Part shown: positions 25,524 to 38,730 of the stretch, one piece after another
Position numbering within the stretch: position 1 is the first letter of the stretch
How the letters are laid out: every line of letters starts with the position of its first letter
DNA from: Callorhinchus milii
Taxonomy: Eukaryota
NCBI RefSeq assembly: GCF_018977255.1
Contig: NW_024704743.1
Location: forward strand, 82,462,001-82,526,000
Length of the DNA stretch: 64,000 bases
Reading direction: 5' to 3'
Notes under the pieces: generated by a model
Databases searched by the model: none
What the model was told of the DNA's origin: nothing
The model's input: only the letters and a program-made list of their open reading frames with translations
Translations under genes and position numbers: made by a program

Positions 25524-26940
25524 GAAATTTTACAGTTATGGGAACAGCATCTGCCAGAAGACTGAAAGAGGTGTGCCAAGGAAAACTGAGAACGATTATC
25601 TTAATAAATTGTTTGTTTGATTAGTTTCAGATTGTGCAAGACAGCAACATTCCTGTAAGTGGCCTGATGATTCAAAGAAAAGCATTGGAATTTCCTTCGC
25701 TGCTGGGGAGTTCTTTTAAAGCTAGTAATGGAAAGTTTGCGCAAGCGATACAGTATAGCTTTTAAACACCTCCCTTCAAAACCATGTGCAATTCATCTGA
25801 AGAAATTGCTACCTGGAAGAATCTTGCGTCTGATATTTGTGCTGATTACCATCCCGAAAATGTGTGGAACCTAAATGAGACCTGGTTGTTTTTTTCGTGC
25901 TGTGCCTATCAAGTCTCTGTCACGGCTGTCCAATGAGACTAAAAGTGGGAAAATGTCAAAAGAGTGACTTACTGCTCTGTTCAAGTTTTACTGGTGAGAA
26001 AATGCCAGGCCTTGTTGTTGGGAAATTTGTGAAACCTAAGTGTTTTTTAAAAAAAACTTGGATGTGAACGATCTGCCAGTGACCTGGAGGAATAACAAAA
26101 ATGCATTGGACGACCTCTTGACATCCTGCATGAATTCCTCCAAGACCTAAACAAGAAGATGAAAGCTGAGAGACAGGACATCTTATCATTGTGTAAAAAC
26201 CCACTAAATAATTCAGATCTTAGCAATGTTATCATCAGGAGGTTTCCTGTCCATGACCTGTCCTGAATTCTTAAACCTCAAAACTGCCATCAACCTCTGG
26301 GAGCTGGAGTGATAAAAATGTTTAAATGTTGTAACGCAAGCTTGTTAAGCAGGCCATAATAAGCAGAGTGACCAACCACAGGGTGCCTTTCAGATGGCTT
26401 CACAAATCTCCGTGCTTGATGCGGTGCAGTGGATTTCAGCAGCATGGAATGAAATGCCTACCTCTTGGTATTACAAAATGTTTTCAAAATTGTGGCATTT
26501 TTCCTGCTGAAGAAGATATTTTCAGTCAAGAGGGAATTCCTGATCTTTCTCCACTGATAGAGAACATGCAAGCAAGTGTTGGTGCTGCTCAGTTCATAGA
26601 ATTTGACAAAGAAACATCAACCTGTGAAGAGCTTAAAAAACAGGAAGAGGAACCTCTTGCCAGGACACCTGAAAAACAGGCTCTAAACATTGGGAAAGGA
26701 GAGGATAAATCTGATGAAGCTGATACAATAACTGACCAGGAACAGCCTAGCAATACTACAATGAACTGTGCTTTGCGGGTTGTGGCTAATCTAAAATCAT
26801 TTGATGCCACTGGTGGATATGCAGACCTTTACAATATGTTCAGTAGTACAGAGCAGAGAATGCACAAGCTCCAAGTCGACCAGTATTTGCTGTTCAAACA
26901 AACTAACATAAGTGACTCTATGTTGACAGATAATAGTTGA
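25524..26940 (+). pseudogene. Decayed pogo/Tigger-family transposase (TIGD4/TIGD6-like; CENP-B-type HTH plus DDE_1)
   Basis: Piecewise translation gives NIPVSGLMIQRKALEF..FKASNG (CENP-B-type HTH), ENVWNLNETWLFF, SGKMSKE*LT, TGEKMPGLVVGKFVKPKCF, LPVTWRNNKNA, QPLGAGVIKMFK, ISVLDAVQWISAAWNE, ITKCFQNCG and terminal KQTNISD. It has several frameshifts and stops, and the 5' end is cut by the gap. Confidence 0.85.
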
Positions 26941-28534
26941 AGTTGGTAATTGTTTTTTTTATTTAAAATTTGAACCAATCCGTTTTTAATTTAATTTTAA
27001 TCCATTTTGCCTTGAGGTTTGGATTTGTTTTTTCTCTGTCCCCATGATTGTTGATCAATTCTATCTTTGGTTAGCCGTCTTACTAATGCCTCTACCTTAC
27101 TGATATTTCTAGCCAAGATAAATACAAGTCACCATTTATTTTTAAGTGTTCTAGAGCACTGGCTGCTTCATTCTCTTGGATTTCTGACCAGATTATGAGG
27201 CAAATACTCCCATGGTAATGTTACCATGCAATTTCTGTTGTGTTTTAAGTACACTGTGCTGTTCAGATGTTTTATTTTTTAAAAGTGCATTGTAAAAAAA
27301 ATGTGGTATAAATTCCTGAGACGTGAATATTTTTGTCTTATATTATGTTACGCAATGTGTCATATTCAGGTTCAAATTCTACTTAATTGTTTGTATGGGA
27401 ATGTCTTTTAAAAACCTTGTTTCTATTCATGAGTTGACCACACTTGGCAGCATTGCTACCCTGATCATCTGAAAGAAGTTGTTTTTTGAATTGTCAAACA
27501 ATGGTCATGTTCTAATAGAGTACAAAAAGTATTGCTTTTATCAGCCAGTACAGTGGTTATATAAAGCCAGTATTATATTTTGACTCAGTCCAGTTCTGCT
27601 TGTGGTTGTAAAAGCCCTGACAAAAGGAAGACAATTAAATAGGATCTTTTTCCTGTTACTCGGCAGTTTACTGTCAAAATTGCATGCATTACTTCCTTGA
27701 GGACCAATAAAGCTATTTTTATCCACAAAATTAATAACCCAACATGTTTTGGGTCAAAGTCGTGGAGGGAAAGGGGGGATTTGATTAATTTCTTTTACTT
27801 TTTTGGCCCATGTTAAAGTAACAACAAAATGTTTTTCCAGCACAACTCCAAATACCCCGCGTCACTCTGATCACAAGCAACCTTTGTGACTGATTCTGGC
27901 ACAAAATAACATACTTGGGCACCATGAGTGTATCCTGAAAAATGGACAGTGCTTCCTGAGGTTTTCTATACATTGCCACTGGGTTCAGAGTACCAGTAAA
28001 TCTGTCAGCATGTGACTTGCATGTCAATTGACTGACCCACATGCAGTCAGGAAGCAGAAACAATCCAGAATTCTGTTTTTTTTACTGATTTGAATTTAAC
28101 CAAAAAAGATATTTATAGTGAAAATAAGTTAATACCCCACGTCCACACTTTAAAAAAATACCTGTGTTTCTTTTACTGCAAGACCTTTCTAAAATAATTA
28201 TTGTGCAGAATTTGCTAAATCTACTTGCTATTTAATGAAGAAAGGAGTGTAAACTGACTTGGGGCACTCCATGAGTATGGTCTCCTATAGTGTGTCCTGG
28301 TGAATAATCCTCCAGATAAGTTGGTCATTCACCTCAGACATTGCTGTTTTAGAGAACTTGTGCTTAAAAAGGCTGCTGCGTTGCCCATAAAAGTTTCTTT
28401 AGCTGCTGGCAAGTGCTTTAACATGCTTTAAATTGATATTTTTTTAAAAATGCACCATTTTCTTTTAATTCTGTCAGTCCTTCAGATGAGGTATTAAACC
28501 AAAGTCCCATCTGCCTGTTCAGGTGGATGCTAGA

Positions 28535-30190
28535 AGGCCGTTATGTTAGAAGGCTCGACCCCATCACCACTTCCCTCTGCTCCATCCTGGGCATCCTCTG
28601 CCGGGCCCATCGTAGCTCCAGGCACTGGCTGTCCCAGAGTAGCAACCCCAAATGTCCCATCATTCACTCCCTCCACACAAACTACCTCCTTAAGGCAAAC
28701 ACAACTTCCCCCTCCCTCAAACGTACCCTCCCCAACTCTCCACTCCCCCCACATTCCACAGCCATCTCTTCTGTACACCCTAAAATCCTCTCTTCCCACC
28801 AGCAAATCCACCCACATTTCCTTTCAAAATGTCCGTTCCCTCACAAACAAAGCCCTCACCATCCATAACCTCATCCTGGATGAGCTCCTCGATATTCTTG
28901 GGCTCACAGAAACCTGGCTGTCCCCCAATGACCCCGTCACCCTAATTGAAGCCTCCCCTCCAGGCTACTCCTTCCACCACACACCCCGTCCAAACCAACG
29001 TGGCAACGGGGTGGCCTTCATTTCCAAAGCCTCCCTTGGTCTTGCCCCTACTCCTCTGGGTGCTTCCCCTCTTTTGAGCAGCTCACCCTCCTCCATCCCT
29101 CTCTCCCACTGAAAATCCTTCTGGTCTACCGCCTCCCTAAGCCCCCGGCTCCTTCCTCTCTGACATCTCTACTTTCCTCTCTTCCCTGTCCCTCTGCTCT
29201 GAATGCCTGCTCATAATGGGCGATTTCAACCTCCACCTAAACTCCCCTTGCACCACATCTTCTGATTTCACTGCCCTCCTCTCCTCTCTAAACCTCACCC
29301 TTCACATTAATTCACTGACCCACAACAGTGGTCATGCCCTCGACCTCGTCATCTCCCACGGCCTTGAAATTTCCGACCTGAGCAGAGTGGACAAAGCCAT
29401 CTCAGACCACTTCCTCATCTCCTTCTCTCACATCCCTCTCTCCTCCACCAAACTCTCAACCATATTCTACCGCCCGTGGAAAAGGCTATCCCCTGAGACC
29501 CTAACAAAGGCCCTCACATCCTCCAATATTCTATCCCTCTGGCCTTCCACCTGCAGAGATCCTGAAGCAGCCATCCAGCTGCTCCGTGATCGCCTCTCCA
29601 CCTTCAACTCTCTCCTGAAATTCAGGACCATCTCCAAACCCACCCGATCCCCTAGTATAGCAGTCATCTCCACTCCCTAAAAACCCAAATCCGGCTGCTC
29701 GAATGCAGATGGTAGAAAACCAGCCTGACAGTTCACCACCAACTGTGGCTCAAGCATCTCCACAGCTACCACCGTTCTTTGACGTGTGCGAAAACAGCCT
29801 TCTATTCCAACATCATCTTGGAGGCNAAAAACAATCCCAAAGTCCTTTTTCCAACACCCACTACCTCCTCTGTGCCCCCCCCTCAGGCCTCCTCAATCTT
29901 CACATCTAATGCCAAGTGCGAGGAGATCATGGACTTCTTTTCAATCAAAATATATATCCGCCAGGCAGCCTCATCCTCCTGCCTCTTGTCACCCACCACC
30001 ACCTCTCTGTCCCCCTCACCCTCCCCAACATCAGCTCCTACTATGAACCCCCCTATCCTACATTCCTTCCTCCCCATCTCTCCTTTCTCCCTCTCATCCA
30101 CCATCACTTCAATGAAACCCACCACCTGCTGCCTCAACCCCCTCCCCACCAACTTGCTGGTCACCCAGCTCCCCCTCCTCAGCCCATATT
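28535..30190 (+). mobile_element. L2-clade LINE 5' part (APE endonuclease and linker), 3'-truncated
   Basis: QNVRSL..LGLTETWL..PPGYSF, MGDFNLH, THNSGHALDLV, AISDHFLI; broken by frameshifts. Confidence 0.92.
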
Positions 30191-30549
30191 AATGTACTGA
30201 TATGGTATGAACCTCTTCAACTTTTTGTTGGTAATGATGAATTTATTTCCTCAAGTAATTGATTCGCTGATCAACGGAAACAGTTTCTCTCTATTTACCT
30301 TAGCTGAACACTTCATAATTTGTTCATAAACACCTCTGTTTTTTATCTAGTTTTTCATCTCCAATGATGGTATTGCTATAACCAAACTGCAGAACTCTTC
30401 TGTAGTCCATCTTCCTTGATAGTGATACAAGATGTCTTTATTCTAATTACTTTTTCTTAGAGTAAAACCTGGCCTCTTAACAGCAATTAAAGTATATCCA
30501 ACTTGTTTTGTTCTAATAATCCTTGAGTTTGGTTTAGTCCTGCAATGTT

Positions 30550-30910
30550 GAATGTCTCAAAATGTTTTCCAGAGTTTCTGTAAATTGTGATTGCGTTTTT
30601 GCAGGAAAACAGCAGCCCGTTTACACAAAGCAATGTCCTACATACAGCTATGACTTGAATAACCAATTTTATCTGTCGGTTGGGGCACAGGGAGAAACTC
30701 TTTTCTCTTTTCAAACAGTGCCATGGGATCTTAAATGAGCATTGGAAGAGACAGGTGAGACCTCAATTTGTCTCATCTGAAGGACAACACAGGAGACACC
30801 CAGCATTGCATTGTGATCAACCTTGAGTTCAAAGTTACAACAGGGGTGGCTTGAACCTGCACCCTTCTAACTTGGAAGCGAGAGTGCTACCCACTGAAAC
30901 AAGTTGATAC
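30550..30910 (-). mobile_element. Deu-domain SINE family B
   Basis: Reverse complement of the AGATCCCATGGCACTGTTTGAA core and head. Confidence 0.72.
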
Positions 30911-31722
30911 CTGGCTTAGAGTGACAATCTTGACTGTGAGTTCACTTTTGAAGTGGGGCTTGATCCCACAAGCTGACTTAGAATTATAGGAAGTAAAGTG
31001 CCACCAACTGAGCCAGCCTGACATCCGTCAAGTTAAAATTTGTTGAGTAATGAATTTGTATAATGCCTCCTAGGGGTATGTATGTATTTTTCAAATCTCG
31101 TGTCCTCCCAACAGGTGAGACCTCTTCTGTGGTACAACCGAGCTTGCATCATTTTAGAAGATTGCCTCTTGTTTTGCCCACAAAATATACAGTCAATTCA
31201 CTTTACAGCATATTCTGTGAAGCGCTTTAGAAGTCTTGAAGATATAAGGCGCTACAAACAAATGCAAGGTTTATTATTATTGTGTTGTTGGTGTGCTTCT
31301 CTTAATTCTCAAAGGGTTTTTGAGTTTTGATTGACATTGTGCTTCACAAGGAGGGTGGGAATTCTATCTTTCTATTCTTTTCGACTGCACCTTCGATTAC
31401 CTTCCTACCCCTTTCCTCCACCCCTCCTGATCTCAACCCCCTGTTCGGTTCCAAATCCCTGACTGTCCAGCGCCTTGTGAGATCCTCCCAACATGAAAGT
31501 CACTGTGTAAATGTAATTTGTTGTTGATGTATTATTGGATCAACCGTTATCTAATAGAATGACAGAACAGGCTTGAGGAGCTGAATGACCTCCTGTTCCT
31601 ATGTTGTTGTTTAGACGCCCCAAGCTCACTTTGAAATTCTTCCACCATCTTCATTTTTATTCCAAGAGAAGCTAAGCTGTGACAATGAGCCTTCGGGCAT
31701 TCTGCTGACAGCATCACTTGCT

Positions 31723-32088
31723 GTGGAGTCCTGTAGCTTATTGGTTAAAGCACTTGCTTCACAAGTGAGATGACCTGGGTTCGATTCCCGGGAAGAGTGA
31801 AATGTTGGGCAAGTTTCCTTACTTTACATGCCTCTGTTTACCTAGCAGTAAATTGGAACCCAATTGTTAGTCAGTTGGCGGATCGTTTTTCCGAGGGTAA
31901 TAATTTCTTCAAAAAAACACAATAAATTTGGACACTCAATCCATGATTGTGGGACATCGCTGTGTGCAATTGGCTGCTGCGTTTCATCACACGAAATATA
32001 CAATGAATTCACTTTTATAATCTGAAGTGCTTTGAGATTGTCTCGAAGATGTCATAAGGTGCTATATCAAATGCAAGGATTATTATTA
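31723..32088 (+). mobile_element. tRNA-derived SINE family A, long form
   Basis: Same head and tail plus the internal CCTCTGTTTACCTAGCAGTAAATTGGAACC segment. Confidence 0.9.
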
Positions 32089-32529
32089 TAAATGATCACA
32101 AACCTTCATTTGCTTTGTTGTTTTTTCTACTTTCTGACTGTTCCATTAAATGTCATGAGAAGAGTTTTGAGTATGTGACTTGTACTGTCATTTCAGTCAC
32201 TGAACAGGTCATATTAGAAGATAGCCACATAAATTCACCAGTAAAATAGAAGATGTACATTCAAGATTTTGAATTTTAAAATAGAATCTATTCAATCTTA
32301 GAAACTTTGCTGTGAGCTTCGCACTTCAGTGGAAAGGTGCCAAACTGATAACATTATCCAAACAGAATTACTTTCTGCTACTGTTGAGGCTACCTCTATT
32401 GATAGGAAGCCTTCACTTTGGCATCTATTATATAACTGAAAAGAACTGTCATTCCACAGGAAAACTGTTCCTGCAGAGAGACGGGAGGGTACAATTTAAC
32501 AGTTAGAACCTCTGCAGAGTGTTGATGCA

Positions 32530-32922
32530 CGTGCATCACTCCAATCCTTACCAGGCTCCACTGGCTCCCTGATTCCGAATGGATCACCTTCAGGCTCCTC
32601 ACCCAAATACAAATCCCTTCACACCGTGGCACCTTCCTATCTCCTTAACCTGCTCACACCCCACTCCTCTACCTGTCCCTTTTGCTCAGCTAACACAAGC
32701 CTACTGCTCATTCCCCGACCTCTGGGCCACCATCAGTGGCTAAGCCTTCAACTACTATGCCCCTGATCTTGGTAATTCCCTGCTTCTATCCCTCTGTGTT
32801 GCCCCCTCTTTGTCTTCAAAGACGCCTCTTCAACTTTATCTATGGTCACCTTCTCCCTTGCTTGGCATCTAATCCTGCACTGTACAGTGCTCCGAGATGC
32901 AATATAAATGCAAATTGTTGGT
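32530..32922 (+). mobile_element. L2-clade LINE 3' fragment (old)
   Basis: ILTRLHWLP-type sequence and TATAAATGCAAATTGTTG tail. Confidence 0.75.
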
Positions 32923-33562
32923 CTCATGATTTTTCCTTTCAGTGAACTGGAATATACGATGGGAGGAAAAATGTGTTATCCTTTACTGCACTAGTGCTCA
33001 ATTTAAATAAAGTATGTATGAATGCAGAATCGAGTGAACATTTAGACTAACACAATTATTTCTGCAGCCATCAGCTGTTGCTTCTCAACCCTGTTGCCAA
33101 TGCTGCTGTTTGATCAATTGTCAGTGTTTGTGATGATGTTTTCCTTGCTCAAGCTGGCTGTTTAGTGGGTTGTTGGTAACAGTGCAATTAATCTGGTGGA
33201 GGGCGACATATAACAGTGTATTTTGGTATGTCCCAGCAAATTCACTGTTGTAATTGGGGGTTCCAGATTCCATGGAATATGATTCTAGACAGCTGAAACT
33301 GAAGTTATAGGAATGAAATCTACCAATAACTCAATTTCTCCACCCAAAACCCTGAATATCTGGAATATGATCTTTAAATTTGGATACATTAATTACCATC
33401 TGGTCTCTTTCAATACCATTCATCTTGCTTGGCTTAACAATCTCTTTTGATGGCTCCTTCTGTTGACATTCTTGGCTTCAATATCTCTTCCATTTCAAAT
33501 GAAATTCTTCGCCATTGAAGCAAAACACCGTCTCGAAGAAGCCATTTCCTATTTTACAATAC

Positions 33563-34045
33563 AACACAAAATTACATTTGTATAGCGGCTTTCACGTCAG
33601 GAGATTGTTCCAAATATTTTAACCAAATAATTATTTCCTTTCCCTGCCCCCTCCCCTACCCCCCAACTAAAAATCAGTGCATTTGATCTGGCTCTTTATC
33701 GTGTTGAGAGCTCTTCACAGAATTTTACCGTAAAGTAAGGTGGGTGAAACACAGCAGCCAAGTTGTACACAGCTATGTCACACAAACAGCCATGGAGTGA
33801 ATGGCCAATTTTTTGGTTTGCCATTACACCAGCGACTCGCATCTCTTTTTGAATAGTGTCATTGGTTCTTTAACATCACCTGAACAGGCAGATGGGACCT
33901 CAGTTTAACACCTCCGACAATGAACCCTCTTCCCCCCCCACCCATTACAGTGTCAGACTATGTGATTCCAAGTCCTGACATGGGGCTTGAACCCACAACC
34001 TCCTGACTCAGAGGCAAAAGAGCTAACACTGTGCCAGGCTGCTGG
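33563..34045 (-). mobile_element. Deu-domain SINE family B with adjacent tail fragments
   Basis: CCTGAACAGGCAGATGGGACCTCAGTTTAAC..GGGCTTGAACCCACAACCTCCTGACTCAGAGGC. Confidence 0.75.
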
Positions 34046-34106
34046 GACATTTACAGTACCTTGTTTGAATTTGTGGACAAAATAAAAGATATTTGATACC
34101 TTCCAC

Positions 34107-34570
34107 ATTAACAACAACAAATTACATTTGTATAGCACCTTTCACATCAGGAGGACATCCCAAGGCACTGGACAGTCAGGGATTTGGACCCGAGCAGGGG
34201 ATTGATCAGGAGAGGTGGAGGGCAGGGAGTGTTGGGGTAGGAGGGTGGCCAAAGGTACGATTGAAGAGGTTTTGAGATGTGCCTTGAAGCAAGCAAGGAA
34301 GGAGAAAGGTGAAGGGAATGTGGGATGAAGCTCCAAAGGGTGGGGGCAGAGAGGCTGAAGGCCTGAACGCTGATGTTGGGACGCGTCAAGTGGGAGACCT
34401 GGAGCAGGCCAGAGCCTGCTGAGGAGAGGGAGGGGACATGTAGTCAGCCACCTGAGGCCAGTGGTGGAGCCGGGTGATGTTGCCAAGGAAGGCAGAGAAG
34501 AACATGGCATGGATGGCGGTAGAAAAGAACAGTTGAGGGTCAAACAAGACTCCAAGTTTCCGGACGGGCT
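34107..34570 (-). mobile_element. L2-clade LINE 3' fragment with internal deletion
   Basis: AFSLSAPTLW motif and reverse-complement tail. Confidence 0.85.
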
Positions 34571-36014
34571 CAGCTCTTTAGTCCTTTTGTTACATCCTTT
34601 TATTTTTTTTCTGTCAATGTCTCTCTGAAACTTTATTTCTTTTGCTGCAAAACAAATTTCTCAGTTCAGTATCTGCTGATGCAGTGAACTTCTCGCTATA
34701 ACATTACTATGATTGAAAGTGCTAATCCGTGTGCTATTTGAAAGTTAGAAAAAATTGAATTCCTTTCTTTAAAGGTGCCATATCAGCAATAGATTATGGC
34801 TAGAACTATTTTCCCAGTTTTCGTGCAAAACACTTTGAGCTCTTGGTTGACAAGAAATTCCCTCTGCAGGAAAAACACAGTTTTTCAGTTAATACATTCA
34901 TTTTAAATCCATTGCATTCAGCAGCTCTGTGATCCATTTGTTTATGAAAGTCTTGTCCCGTGCAAGATTTTCTTTCATTCATTGAGTTTCAATTAAACAT
35001 TCAGTAATGGAAAAAGATCTCTCTCTCGCCTCCTCCCCTAACCAGATGTTTGATATCTTGTCTGTGCTAAATTACTTGATCTCAGTAAAAGCAACAAGAG
35101 AGCTCCTTTGTGTCCTTGGGCCAGGGAGGACAAAAACACAGGCTGCTCCTTATAGCTATCCAATGACTTCCCTCACCACAAGAATCTGCACTGACCGTAT
35201 TGTATTGGAATCCCTTTGTTTCACCCCCTCTGAAGAATTACGGATGCATATTCTTGACATAAGAACGACGCATCATGGGAATACACTGTTCTATTTTGCT
35301 TAAAGGAAACATATCTGTAATCACTTTTAGACCATTATGCTGTTTTAGTATGCATTTCACTTATAATGGAAGTTACTTAATATTTGTACTGTTACATCTT
35401 TTAAATTAATTCTGTTGAGCACTTTTGCAACCTTAATAGAAATGAATGGCGTCTGTCTTTTCCTTTATCTTATGTCCTTGCTCAGTCTGGTATAGTTATG
35501 TGGGAAACAGTTACAGTATGTGAAAGATAGTATTCGGGGTGGGAAGGGGGGAAGTGATGAGTTAAAAACAAGGAAACTGTATATGTGAGCCAAACCAAAT
35601 GATCTTGAAGGTCATGAAAACTGTCCCTCTGTATAAATATCGAGGAATAACCAGCCTAACATTGGAACAGACCCAGAAAGAAAAGAAAGCAAAAAACTCC
35701 TGCAACTGTATACTCTGTTCACCGGATTGGTAACTATACTTTTCTGCTATATATAGCACATTGCTACATAAAAGTCGTAAAAATTTATTTTACCTGTCTG
35801 TGTGAGCTTCATTGTTTTGGGGTCCCAAACACAAAATCAAAATTTTCAGAGTTAAATTTGATTTAAATTAAATACAATTATACACAGTTGACCCATTCCA
35901 GTCAACACCTGTTCATCTTTAAATCCCACTGCAAAACCCTACCTTTCCGGTTCACCCCAAAAGACATTGTACTTTTGCACTGAGCTAACAGCACAGATAT
36001 GTAACCCACCTGTA

Positions 36015-36315
36015 GTGGAGGCCTGTAGCGTAGTGGTTAGCCACTTGCCTCCCAAGCAAAAGGACCCAGGTTCGATTCCTGGGTGGGTAAAACCTTAGGC
36101 AAGTTTTCTTACTCACACACCACACACGCCTAATAATAATCTCTCCAAAACAATACTAAATTTGTCATTTTCAATCCACTACTGTTTGTGGGACACTGCT
36201 GTGCACAATTGGCTGCCGCATTTCACCAACAAACATACGGTCAATTCACTTTACAGTATATTCTGTGAAGCGCTTTGAGATGTCTCAATGACATGATAAA
36301 TCAAATGTTATATTA
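36015..36315 (+). mobile_element. tRNA-derived SINE family A, short form
   Basis: Head, body and tail align by eye with 11470-11786. Confidence 0.88.
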
Positions 36316-36902
36316 TGTGAAAGATGGTCTTGGTGGGGTGAGATTATTATTATTTCCTCAACAAGGCAACCCTTAATGTTCAGGTGAATGTTTTATTAGC
36401 TACTTCTTTCCATGGGTTTGCAATGCATGCTTTCTTGGCTACATATTAGGAAACAGGGTATGTTTTTCAGTATACATTGTGAAAATCACCCATGGGAAAA
36501 CTTAGGTGACTGCTAGGAAAGGTGTTATAACATGATCTTTTTTTCTGCCCAACTACATCGTACTCAACCAGCTAACAAGAAATAAATCAAAATGATTGGA
36601 ACAAATGTAAAAATATACTCATTGCTGAAGTTACACATACAACAAAACACATTTTGACTACCAGAATCATTTTTACTGCTTTGTTGTAACCTTCAAATAG
36701 TCACTTCTTTGCCATAATCCTCATATTTTTATTTTGAACCGCATAGTAACTTGGGTTCTGATGAGATTTAGAGTCTTAAGTCAGAATTTCCAGAATCCAC
36801 ATTTCATCTATTAATATTAAGAATGGTAACCTTTCACTGGGTGGCCACAGTGTCAGATTGTCTATGGGTGTAGATGAAATATTTTTTGATTGCTTTGTGT
36901 GT

Positions 36903-37668
36903 TATAATAATAATCCTTGCATTTGTTATAGCACCTTATGTTGTTGAGACATGTCAAAGAGCTTCACAGCATTTTATTATGAAACGTAGCGATTGTGTAG
37001 GCAAATTTGACAGCCAATTAGCACACAACAATGTTCCACAAACAACCACTGTGAAGCCTTGTAGCTTAATGGTTAGAGGACTCGGCTTCGCAAGCGAAAG
37101 GACCTGGGTTTGATTCCGGGGCAGGGTGAAACGTTGGGCAAGTTTCCTTACTTCACACGGCTCTCTTTACCTAACAGTAAGTAGGAACCCGGTTGTTAGA
37201 CGATTGTCGGATCGCTTTTCCGAAGGTAATAATCCCTTCCCAAAAAAATAATAATTTGGTCACTCAATCCACGCCTTTTTGTGGGACCCAGCTGTGTGCA
37301 ATTGCCTGCCTCGTTTCGCTCACAAAATATACAGTCAATTAACTGAAGCGCTTCAAAGTTGTGATTAGGCGCTATATCAATTGCAAGGATTATTATTATG
37401 AATTGAATGACCAATTTCTTTTTAGGGATTGCTGGCCAACATATCGGGAGAAACTCCCTTCCCTTTTTAAATAGTGCCGGGGATCTTTAATGTTCTCCAC
37501 CTGAACAGGCAGATGGGGTCTTGGTTTAACAACTCATCCAAATGACGGAACCTCCAACAATACAACACATCCCCAGCATTGCATTGGAGTGTCAGTGTTC
37601 AAAGTCCTGACGTGGGATAACCTTCCGACTTAGAGGCAAGAATGCTCCAACTTCGCCAGACTGACACC
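36903..37668 (-). mobile_element. Deu-domain SINE family B, split by a family A insertion
   Basis: 3' part at 36903-37050 and 5' part at 37400-37668. Confidence 0.78.
37051..37399 (+). mobile_element. tRNA-derived SINE family A, long form, nested in a Deu-domain SINE
   Basis: Full head-to-(ATT)n copy interrupting a minus-strand SINE (36903-37050 plus 37400-37668). Confidence 0.88.
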
Positions 37669-38340
37669 TATTAGCACCAAGATGCTAGCTTTGTGTAGGT
37701 ACTTCCTTAAATATTTTAATATCTGAATGAAGGACAATTTTTCTCCCCCAATCTTTTTAACTTGTAATATATTGAATATATAAATTCAATATATCAATTG
37801 GAACAAATGTAAAAATAAACCCATTGCTGAAGTTATACATACAACAAAACACATTTTGACTACCAGAATCATCTTTTTAAAAGATCTCTGAAAGTTAACT
37901 ATACTGTTAATTGTGTTTAATATTGTATTATACTCAGAAAAGTACCTCTGAACGATCTGAGGTCTGTAAACTTACAACGTTCTGAAAAATCAATACAGAT
38001 CAGTAGTTTTGATTTGCATCTTGGATCCATAAATTCCAGCAGTTAAATATGTTTTCAAATGAAGTAATGTGCTTTTTGTGGTGATTAATGGGATCATTAC
38101 TTCTAGCTGAGTACTAAATGTTCTTGAAACCAACTTGAAATATTTGAACTGTTTCAACAAACCAGTTAGGTGAAGACTGTCCACACACACATCTGTGCAT
38201 ATGGCCCCAAACCATTTAAGCCAGATGTTTTGTTTCAGCACTTGAAATATAATTCTGAGCAGGACTAAATTTTTAATTTAGCTGCTACTCCCATAACCAA
38301 TAGTTGGGTTAGTTGTTCTTTGCTAAATAGGTACAATATA

Positions 38341-38730
38341 ATAATTACAATAATCCTTGCATTTGATATAGCACCTTATGTTGTTGAGACGTCTCCAAGC
38401 ACTTCACAGAATATATTATAAAGTGGATTGACTGTGTATTTTGTGGGCAAAACGCAGCAGTCAATTGCACACAGCAGTGTCCCACAAACGCTCTTGGCTT
38501 GAGTAACCAAATTATCATTATAATTCTTTGTTAAAAATATTTTGAAGGGATTATTACCTCCGGCAAAGTGATGCACCCATCGATTAACAACCAGGTTCCT
38601 ACTTACCACTAGGTAAACAGAGGCATGTGGAGTAAGGAAACTTGCCTAACGTTTCACCCTGCCTGGGAATCAAACCCAGATCATCTCTTTTGTGAGGTGA
38701 GAACTCTAACCAATACACTAAAGGACTCCA
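38341..38730 (-). mobile_element. tRNA-derived SINE family A, long form
   Basis: Reverse complement of the same head, body and tail. Confidence 0.88.

Larger units (their letters stand above)
36595..37872 (+). repeat. Dispersed 76-bp direct repeat (36595-36670 and 37797-37872)
   Basis: ATTGGAACAAATGTAAAAATA..GACTACCAGAATCAT occurs twice with 3 substitutions. Confidence 0.9.

Noticed and set aside
26368..26940. 190-aa ORF as an independent gene
   Set aside because: Its start is out-of-frame transposase sequence beginning at GTG; it is the open tail of the decayed pogo transposase.
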